Source of the DNA: Podarcis gaigeae
Taxonomy: Eukaryota
Length of the DNA: 64,000 bases
Strand: one strand, 5' to 3'
Assembly: GCA_964106915.2 (NCBI GenBank)
Contig: OZ066917.1
The translations under genes were made by a program, and so were the position numbers. Numbering within the stretch: position 1 is the first letter of the stretch; each line of letters starts with the position of its first letter. The notes below the pieces were generated by a model. The model ran no database searches. It saw nothing but the letters and a program-made list of their open reading frames with translations, and was not told the origin of the DNA. Below, piece after piece: positions 53,301 through 60,872 of this stretch.

Positions 53301-56300
53301 AAGGCAATATTAAAAGTAACATTTTGTGTATCCAGCTCATGGGACTAGTGGATAATGGTTGAGAAATATTATTTTTTAAATGCTATTTTGGTGCACTATT
53401 GTAATCTAGTCTTCTATAAAGTAAACATGGAACATTTTTTATTTTAACTTTTTTTTTCATTCATTCATTCATTCATTCATTCATTCATTCATTCATTCTT
53501 TCTAGGTTTCTGGAATCCAAGATGCTAAGCAGTGTCATCTCTTTAGTCCATACACTTTGGGTAACCAATTTAGGAGATAAACAAAAGTCACTTGGAACAC
53601 CTGATACGAAGGAGCTACTAGAGAATCAGAGATTCCTTCCTCTCCAGCTTGTCAGTGAATTTCTTCACATTTTATTAATGCTTCTTAAACACATTCGGTA
53701 TGTATTTCCTTCTGTTTTCAAGAGTACAGTCATACCTCCGGTTAAAGACACTTCGGGTTAAATCTTTTCAGGTTGTGTCCCGCGGCGACCCGGAAGTAAC
53801 GGAATGGGTTTCTTCTGGGTTTTGCTGCTCACGCATGCACCGACACTCAGAATTTTGTCATGTGCAGATGCAGCAAATCGCGGCCCACACACACATGGGT
53901 TGCGTTCTGCTCATGTTGTGAACGGGGCTCCGGAACGGATCCTGCTCGCATCCAGAGGTACCACTGTATAATGTAACTGGAATTAAATTTCATTGAACCT
54001 TGAGTTTTTGTAATAACTCAAAATTCACCTTTTATTTTTCATTGTAAATGGCAACAATCTTTTTTATTAAAAAACAGCTTATCTGCAGAGATCTGAAATG
54101 CCTTGGTTGGTACTTGCTAATGTCTAAGTGGCCCACTCATCATTTCTGCTCAGTGGGAGCCTGTCTTCAATACATTGTGCTTTTATTTATTTTCCAGAAT
54201 ATCTTTCTCACCTTTCTAAATTGTAATCAAGGCTGTGAACGGGGGCCATGGAGAAGCACTGCTGAAGTCTGCTTAGCATTCAGTAGTCTATGCCTTCTAA
54301 AAACTATGGTATTTTTTGGCCACTGCAATTCTTCAGAGCCTTAGTTCTCAGTCAATTTTGGTAGTTCTTAACCCTTAGAGTCATTTTCACCCCTAACAAG
54401 ATGTTATGCCTGATTTTGTCTCTTTTCACTGACCAGTTTTCCATTTGACCTAACCCTTATACTGTGTGATTTTTACTTGAGTTCACTACAATGCATTCAC
54501 CAGTAAAACAATTTTAGCTTTTTATTTTTGTTTACTGTGTACCTGCATTTTCAGGAAAGACATACACTAAAAGCTATGTACATCAAGCACCTGAGTAGCC
54601 CTGCCTGAAAAGTGTATGCATATTTGGAAGGAAGAAATAGATTCAAAACCTGTGAAAATGAATTGGCTATTTGAACCCAACTAGCACATGTATTGTTGTT
54701 TGGAAGTGTTATTCCTACTATGGCTTGGTTCATATGTGACATTAAAGCATCTTTTAAAATAAGCTGTGGTTTAATGCCCATAAGTATGTTGCTCCTACTT
54801 CACTCTTGACTGTATGGTATGGGAGAGGAAACAAGCCAGAGTCTGGCTTGATGTGAACTGTGTACCCAGCCTTGAGGTTTGTTTCCTCCCAGGTTTGCAC
54901 ATCATGACAAGCCAGGCTCTGTCTTGTATCCTCTCCTGCAGGGCATAGTAACAGTGGAAGAGAAAAGAAGCGCTCATGTATACTAAACCATAGTTTATTT
55001 AAAAATTGCATGCAAGCCAGAGCAAATTATGCAACCTGATAACAAACGATAACTCAAATCAGTAGCCTTCATGTTTCACTGCTGTCTTTTTGCTGCAATC
55101 TTATCTGCCTCAGACTCTTATTTTGTGTTAGACAAAAATTAAATAAACCGTCACTTGTTTCCAAACAAAAGCAAATTTTGAGTTTAGTTACTATTTGGGT
55201 TGAGCATTGTAACCTTTGTTTTCTCCATCTCTTGCCAAATAGGACCAACTTGGATTCTGCCATATTGATTCAGTTTTTCAGCACGTTGAGTTCTGTATTG
55301 GAATACCGCGTTGTGGTTTTTGAGGCCTTCAGACAAATGGGAAGATTCACTGTGAATGAGCATGTCCTTTCAAACAAAGATGTTCTGCTGCTCTTGCACA
55401 AGTGGAGCATAATTGGCAAAGACGTGGAACTTCAAGATGTTCTTCAGATATTTGCTCAACAGTACCAAATAAAAGAATTGCTTAGTAAGTTCTAAATATA
55501 TCATGTGTTTTAAATAAGGTCAGCTATTTTCTGCTGAATTCTGAAAGTACTGAATGCAACAGCCAGCTCATCATATTTCATCAAATGCATGGAACAAGAG
55601 GAAGCCCTTAACCACACACTAAAAAGATATTATTGTTGGCCCCAGGCAGGCTTCCTCGGGAAGTTTGAAAAGGGAGTAGAAATCATTAAAATATATGTGT
55701 ACTTCATTAATAACATCAGACATGATCCAAGAAAAAGGATTTCATATCTCCCTTGTTTGTTTGTTTGTTTGTGTGTGTGTTTTTTTTGTCTAGTGGTAAA
55801 CTTCATAGAACATCACCATATGCTCCTTATATAAAATGAAGCTCTGAGTATAAGTGACTTTCATCATGTCAATTTGCCAGGATCTGCTTATGACAGTCAA
55901 GGCCTTACCCAAACACTTTTCCCTTTCCTGAGCCTTTGTAGGGGTGGATAATTAAGGAGCAGAGACCTGTGTGGAAGCAGAAACCATTTTAGTTTGTGTG
56001 ATCCCACACATAAAACACCACTGAGATGGGTAAATAAAAGAAAGAGCTCTCATTTTTAAGATAGTGGGAAATTGCTTTTGTTAATGTAGATTTAAAAGAG
56101 AGGGTTTATAATAATGTTTGTTTAGAGAAAATATTTTTGGCAGCATTCATGCAAAATCTATGGAGTGATGATAATCTCAAGATAAATCCCTTCCAGTAGC
56201 ACCTTAAAGACCAACTAAGTTAGTTCTTGGTATGAGCTTTCGTGTGCAGATACCTGTTTACCTCAAGATAAATGTTCAGGTCTGGGCTTCCTGCAACTGA

Positions 56301-57911
56301 GCTATTTGTTTTGTTGGGATTTGGTTGAACTTTTAACCTGTTACTTTCCAACTTTAAAAGCATAATTCAGCAAGAGGTTCTATCTGTCCTTCTGTCTCGC
56401 TTTTAAATAAATACTGAATTGATTAATTTATTACCATTCTCCCTTAGGTGTGAATATGTCTTCGCAGCAGTGCAGGAGAGGTTAAGACAGGTGCAAGATG
56501 ATGGTTGTGCAGAGTCGTGAAAAAATCAGTTTACACCTTTTGAAACCTCTCCTGTACCAATGTGAAGACATCTGCTTGCTGCAACTTGGAGACATCCAAG
56601 TACCCACTGAGAAACATTTTTCACAATAAGACCAACAAATACTTTTCAGAAAATTCCAATTTTCTCATTTTTCTTTAAATTATTGTAAGTATTTTGTTTG
56701 TTTTCTTCTACTACAGAAAACATTAAAGACAAAAACAAAGCACAAGCACCATTTCGAACATCATCCCGACTTGTTCGGAAGAAGAATGAAATTGAAACAG
56801 AGCCAGAAACAGCATCTGAGCGGGGGGAGAAATATTTAGAGGAATGCAGATCTGTCCTGAGATCTGTGCTTTTCCACTGGGAACCTGTATTCCTGGATAT
56901 GCCAGCAAAGCATTCAAAAGAGCACAATGGAGATGACAATCCTGGTCTTACGTGTAAGATTGCTTACTTAGTATTCAGATGGCTAGTGAAGTCTCTTCTC
57001 GACAGCAGCTTCAACGTGCAAAATGTACTTTTGACTTTCAAGTGGTTTGAAAAGAGTGCTTTGCAAAACAGCACTGTGGTAGATGAGATTCTTAAAGATT
57101 CAACTCTCAAAAGTGGTATATTTAAGCTTTACAGTACTGTCTACAATGCCTGTGAAGAGAAGGCTATGGAACTGAGTGATCTCTCCTTGCTTAATGGAAT
57201 CATGCTGCACCTGCTAAATTCCCAGAACCTGACCAAAAATGCTTTTCATGAGACTGTGGAAAGGTTCTGCCTCTCGACAGTAACAGAGGAAGAAAGAACG
57301 AAGAAAGGTAATGTTATTTTCAGCAAGGAAGTTGAGGAGAAACTAAGCATATGATCTTTCTGCCCCATAAAACCTCTTGAAATTTTGCCTTTTGCTATAA
57401 TATGGTAATTCCAGAAGATACTAAGAGATTAACTAGTAATGTAGAGTAGGATATTCTGGTGACATTAAAATTGATTGAGAAATTAAATAAGCCTGAGTAT
57501 GGTAAGGGATATTCTAAGGGATAAAGTGTTGTTTAACATCAATAACCCATGTTCGCTTAATGAAGTATCAAATGTTCCATTTTAAAAAATGTATTGGAAA
57601 CTCTGTCATTTAAAATAAGCAGAGTAAATGATGAATATAGATCAACTTTTAAGAAAAGATCTTGATTGTGACAATTATTTTCTTATTTCCTAGGGGCAAG
57701 CATATTCCTCACTTCTGTTTACATTGGAGATCTTTGGCTGGGAGCAAAGCAACCAGACACATTTATAACCCATGTTAAACTGATACATGGAACAGCAAAC
57801 GGTAAACAAAAGAATGATGATCAAAGAACACGGGAACCTGAAGAAGCTATAGCTTCTCTCTGCAAAGACATTTACCCATTCTTAATTCATCACCCTGTCT
57901 TTCAATCTTAA
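10076..57911 (+). CDS. URB1: URB1 ribosome biogenesis homolog (Npa1, nucleolar pre-ribosomal-associated protein 1), 39 coding exons, about 2284 aa
   Basis: Manual join: 10076-10226, 11581-11720, 12362-12513, 14046-14178, 16031-16127, 16753-16838, 17552-17677, 18393-18523, 19828-20023, 21901-22038, 23956-24129, 25278-25422, 26195-26317, 26632-26744, 29471-29584, 31833-31949, 32997-33135, 34228-34401, 34693-34877, 35692-35910, 36335-36514, 37310-38165, 38705-38906, 40191-40374, 41607-41665, 41936-42129, 43488-43598, 44339-44402, 45210-45381, 46212-46314, 49357-49517, 49980-50091, 50367-50473, 51307-51450, 52185-52294, 53506-53697, 55243-55484, 56717-57307, 57694-57911 (TAA). Total 6855 nt, all introns GT-AG with matching phases. 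Peptides match URB1, e.g. MGAKRK, ELTGTQFKSTLRDP, YDVVEGYIKVSVECAEI, ILLRTASDLSHF, LLWGPAAVEHHK, YDPCFLL, LGLAVAALSSYD. Confidence 0.97.
12716..13420 (-). mobile_element. Decayed L1-clade LINE 3' fragment (ORF2 C-terminus and tail) in URB1 intron 3
   Basis: - strand translation PRCRRECQDMGTYLHLWWEY fits the L1 ORF2 C-terminal CX3CX7HX4C zinc knuckle with the last C mutated; A-rich tail near 12716. Confidence 0.7.
14766..15310. mobile_element. Non-autonomous hAT DNA transposon (545 bp) with GC/CpG-rich cargo
   Basis: TIRs CAGTGGCATAGCGTGGG / CCCACGCTACGCCGCTG; perfect 8-bp TSD CAGGGACA (14758-14765, 15311-15318); internal perfect 33-bp tandem duplication at 15217-15282. Confidence 0.9.
15347..15587. 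mobile_element. Tc1/mariner (Tigger-like) MITE
   Basis: TIRs CAGTGGTACCTTGGAAG / CTTCCAAGGTACGACTG flanked by TA on both sides. Confidence 0.85.
18215..18347 (-). mobile_element. Degenerate tRNA-derived SINE head (Squam2-like)
   Basis: - strand CCATAGCTCAGTGGCAGAGCACATGCTT...AAGGTCCC tRNA-like head. Confidence 0.6.
22955..23370 (+). mobile_element. Two adjacent L2-type LINE 3' ends ending in (TTA)n tails
   Basis: GCTGCTCTGAG...GGGTGGGATATAAATAAA tail, followed by a second piece AGGGCCTTCTCGGTAGTGGCGCCC...TGGAACGCCCTCCC...GCTGCCCAGAGTGGC...GGGCGGGGTATAAATAA(TTA)n. Confidence 0.8.
23323..23406. repeat. Compound (TTA)n(CTA)n(CAA)n microsatellite grown from the L2 tail
   Basis: Direct read. 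Confidence 0.9.
27101..27422 (-). mobile_element. Sauria SINE, 5' end lost in an assembly gap
   Basis: Reverse complement homologous to 707-1050; GGTAAA tail repeats; GATTCGAAC B-box complement. Confidence 0.9.
27423..27550. other. Assembly gap (N run)
   Basis: Ns; intronic, and URB1 exon phases on either side are compatible. Confidence 1.
28138..28210 (-). mobile_element. Penelope-like element end with a degenerate minimal hammerhead ribozyme
   Basis: - strand AGC-CTGATGA-AGAATTCTGGGAAATC-AAAA-GCTC-GCT, followed by TGGTTGTCCTAATAAAGG. Confidence 0.65.
29663..29800. mobile_element. Palindromic hAT MITE
   Basis: TIRs CAGGTTTCCTCA / TGAGGAAGCCTG; perfect 8-bp TSD CTTTAGAA. Confidence 0.9.
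31056..31203. other. Assembly gap (N run)
   Basis: Ns, intronic. Confidence 1.
35151..35286. mobile_element. Palindromic hAT MITE (same core family as 29663-29800)
   Basis: TIRs CAGGCACCCC / GGGGATGCCTG; TSD ATTAACAT/GTTAACAT (7 of 8 match). Confidence 0.85.
40600..41050 (+). mobile_element. Old L2 LINE fragment
   Basis: AGGCTAGATTACTGCAAC encodes RLDYCN, a motif of the L2 RT C-terminal region; later CTCTGGAAC motif; heavily decayed. Confidence 0.6.
41284..41509. mobile_element. Tc1/mariner (Tigger-like) MITE
   Basis: TIRs CAATGGTACCTCGGGTTA / TAACCCAAGGTACCACTG, with TA on the left flank. Confidence 0.8.
44269..44314. repeat. (TCTA)n microsatellite just upstream of the URB1 exon 28 acceptor
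   Basis: Direct read. Confidence 0.95.
47950..48084. mobile_element. Palindromic hAT-type MITE (same core family)
   Basis: Perfect TIRs CAGGCATGGCCAAACTTGGCCCTC / GAGGGCCAAGTTTGGCCATGCCTG; no clear TSD. Confidence 0.85.
53457..53496. repeat. (TCAT)10 microsatellite inside the URB1 exon 36 acceptor region
   Basis: Direct read; followed by TCTTTCTAG and the exon. Confidence 0.95.
53727..53966. mobile_element. Tc1/mariner (Tigger-like) MITE
   Basis: TA-CAGTCATACCTCCGG ... CCAGAGGTACCACTG-TA; related to 15347-15587. Confidence 0.8.
56188..56261 (-). mobile_element. 74-bp Penelope-like element end with internally deleted hammerhead and 12-bp TSD
   Basis: Flanked by CTCAAGATAAAT (56176-56187, 56262-56273); - strand GGTATCTG-CACACGAAAGCTCATACC...GTTGGTCTTTAAGGTGCTACTGG. 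Confidence 0.75.
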
Positions 57912-58041
57912 ATGTAAAGTGTGTGTCATGCTTTCAGATCTTGATTGGGGGGAGGCTGCCATAAAGAACTATTTTGGAACTCATAACTTATTTGTAATTA
58001 TGTATCACGAAAGATACGGTGTACTTTTAAGCTGGATTTTG

Positions 58042-58047
58042 AATAAA
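58042..58047 (+). terminator. Probable URB1 polyadenylation signal AATAAA
   Basis: First canonical hexamer, 130 nt after the stop, followed by T/GT-rich sequence. Confidence 0.65.
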
Positions 58048-58113
58048 TATTTACTGCTATTTTTTTCCAGAAGTTTTGAAAGCTGATTTTCAAGGCTTTT
58101 GATGTATTATGTT

Positions 58114-58126
58114 TTAAGATGTCTGC
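58114..58126 (-). CDS. MRAP: Candidate terminal MRAP coding exon (adds K-Q-T-S-stop)
   Basis: CTAAC branch point, then TTTTGGTTTTAGTAG|GCAGACATCTTAA. Gives ...PVKQ as I recall for chicken MRAP1, but alternative acceptors exist. Confidence 0.3.
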
Positions 58127-58757
58127 CTACTAAAACCAAAACACCTGACTCAGTTAGAATGGTTGGTTGACTCAAAAACAAACTGAATAGGTGACAAGAA
58201 AAAAAAATTCAAGTCATCACCCTACATCGATTTTCTACATTCACTTTACTTCTTTAAAAGACTCATGCAGAATTAGGGCTTCATAGACACCAGGGCCAGT
58301 AGGAAGATATTTTTGGGAACACTAACATGCAATTCCTATTTGGACCCCCTCAGAGAAATAGTGTGAGATGGGTTATAGCAGGCAAGACATGCACTCAATT
58401 CAGACAGTGATTTCTGGCTTGTATTACATCTGATCTGGGGAACTAAGATTTAATGTCAACTAACAAGTCATCATGATTCTGGTTTGATAGCCCCAGTTCC
58501 CTGATTCAGAAATAATACAAGTAGCAATGAAGTGACACAGTAGTAATCCAAACCAGGACATTGCGAGCCTAATGGAAGCAGGGAATGTATGATACAGTAT
58601 TTTAGAATTTTAGAAGCAACGTAGCCCAGGTGTTCATTAATTAGATGCTTAAGGATATAAATCTAGGATGCTTGCTTTGCATCCAAGTCCTGTCTTTCAT
58701 AAGGGCATACGACCTTACATTTCCTTTCATCTACAGAACACAAAGCATTGTACTTAC

Positions 58758-59553
58758 TTCACGGGTGTAGAACCAGTCCGAGATATATAGAACAAAATAA
58801 GGAAAAGAAATGCCACAAAAGAAACAAGCCCAATCCAAAGGGCTATGACAATTGAATCTGTGGAAAGAAATACAGTATTTATAACACCTTACAAATCCTT
58901 AAGGCATTTATTATAGATTTATTATAGATTACTAAGCAATATTACGTCCACTCAAGGAAGGCTTCTTTCCCAAGGAATAGGGGCTGTAGTGCTTTAAGTG
59001 AGGACACCCTCCTGAAACTCCAAATACTAAAAAAATTAATAGCAAAACATTGCTTTCATTAGTATAGCATTTGAAGTGCATGACTTATATTCTCAGTTTT
59101 AATGTAACAGTAAGAGGGAAGCTGTCATTTACTACAATGTTCAAAACATATTAATGTATTCCAGCAGTTAAGTCATTTGAAAACAAAAATATACATTCCA
59201 TCCCATTTTAATGTATACATACTTGGAAAAGAGTTTCAATGAAGTAGGTGGACTGTCTTAGTAGTCAACCTGCACAAGACTGGTACTGAATTTGGTAGTC
59301 AACAAATTACTATGCAGTAGTCAGAAACCCCAGTCTAAAAAAGCAATTTATATGCAGAAAGTGTTTTTACAAAAACATTAAACTTTTCAAAGGATGTTTT
59401 CTTTTTTGTTGTTTTTGCTTTAGTTGGTCACATAATGCAATACTTACATCTGTTTGCCTTCAGCATTCTTGCATCAACTGGAAGTAGATCTAAATAATCC
59501 ATGTAATATTCAAAATCGTAAGTAAAACTGGATGAATTTGTCTTGTTAGCCAT
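58758..59553 (-). CDS. MRAP: MRAP (melanocortin-2 receptor accessory protein 1): coding exons 59448-59553 (106 nt) and 58758-58857 (100 nt); final exon uncertain
   Basis: Translation MANKTNSSSFTYDFEYYMDYLDLLPVDARMLKANR/YSIVIALWIGLVSFVAFLFLILFYISRTGSTPVK contains N-glycosylation sequons, an EYY-xDYL activation motif, an LKANRYS topology motif and a single TM helix. Both donors are GTAAGT and the acceptor is TTTCCACAG. Exon sizes of 106 and 100 nt match my recollection of human MRAP. Syntenic between URB1 and MIS18A. Confidence 0.95.
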
Positions 59554-59659
59554 CTCAGTACAACCTCCTAGCCAGCTCTAACCCCAACCAACAATTATGA
59601 TGAGTTGTACTTAAGTGTTCCTATAAAGAGATTCTGTAGTTGTGCAGTTTTTCATTTGA

Positions 59660-59720
59660 GCAGACATCCTTGAGGAATGCCAAGATACCAGACCCAATCA
59701 GCAGAAATGAAGGTCAGTGT
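59660..59720 (-). promoter_or_regulatory. Candidate MRAP proximal promoter with two NR5A1/SF-1-type sites and a CCAAT box
   Basis: TCAAGGATG (- strand, 59665-59673), CCAATCAG (59694-59701) and TGAAGGTCA (59708-59716), 110-165 nt upstream of the ATG. Confidence 0.5.
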
Positions 59721-60589
59721 ATGGCGATGGTCTCTGGTGCCAGAATGACAAATGTGAACATTCCTTGCGGGAAGTACAAGATGTTGTTAACTCTTTTATG
59801 TTTTCACTAATACAGAACTAAGTAATAAGAAAAGACACATAGTCAAGTTGGTAAAGAAAACCATGCCAGCAGGTGACAGGCTATCATCATCATCATTTTA
59901 TTCATAACCTGTTCTTCATTTAATATTTCGACCCCACAGCAGGAAAAATGGCAATATACAAAAATTAAGGACTAATTAAAAAGTCAAATAAATAAATAAC
60001 CCTGTCATAAAACAAACAAAGCTAAACGCAGGGAGGACAACCAACACATTACCAAGATAAACAAACACGACACCCAGCCCACTAAAATAAAGCAAATGGC
60101 GTTAGCAACAGCTGACACCCCATTTTTCACCCACAGCACTGCCCACTTACTCCCCGTTTCAACAGAGTGATCGCTGCAGGAAATGAACAACTCCACCTTT
60201 CAATCCTCTCCAATGCACCCCCCCCCCTTCCCCACAACTGACCACGAAACGAACACGGATGTGGGAAATGGGTGGCACGTGGAGACTCCTCAAAGAAGTC
60301 TTCCACCACACTGGAGTCAGTTGTTTTGCAGGCGCAATGATGCCACTGCTACGTGTGATGTGCTTCCTACTGCCACCTCGAGCAGGTTTTTGAGCAAAAC
60401 CTGCACAGTGTGCATATTCTTGCTGTTATCATTAGCAGCTTCATCTCTCGAGGTTGGTTGGTGGTACTGAGAATCGTGTCTGTCGAAAAGATTGTAAGAA
60501 TCACGCGACCCCCCTTTTTTAAAAAAATCTTCAGAATTTGGAGTTTTTATTCTTTCATAACTACTTCTCTCAGAAATCACTACCATGCA

Positions 60590-60872
60590 ACCTCGCAAAG
60601 ACCCTTTGACCGCTCAAGGCGGCTGCTTCCCCCGCGTTGCTATGGCGAACTCCGCAACCTGCCCGACCGAGGCCCTTCCCTGGTGCTGAATCACCCAGCT
60701 CCACAGCGCATGCTCCCACCCGCTCTCGAGCGCCGCCGACTCCGCCCCTTCTCCTGGGAGAGGCCAAAGAGAAGGGCTCGGTTTGCGCGCTAGAGCGGCA
60801 CCGCGTTGCATCTGTTATTTCCGGCGCTGGCGCGGAGGGGAGGGGGCGCGGCGCGGGCGGCTTTGAAAGAGA
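60590..60872 (+). promoter_or_regulatory. MIS18A CpG-island promoter with CDE/CHR and E2F-like sites
   Basis: CHR TTTGAA at 60862-60867 with a CGCGGG CDE-like element 4 nt upstream; TTTGCGCGC and TTTCCGGCGC; X-box-like GTTGCTATGGCGAAC at 60636-60650. Confidence 0.7.

Noticed and set aside
58458-58568. Possible MRAP terminal exon using the acceptor at 58568
   Set aside because: Appears to lie in a decayed palindromic DNA-element-like sequence, and the peptide resembles no MRAP tail I know; not strictly excluded.
60005-60196. Hydrophobic 63-aa ORF upstream of MRAP
   Set aside because: GTG start, T-rich composition and no homology.
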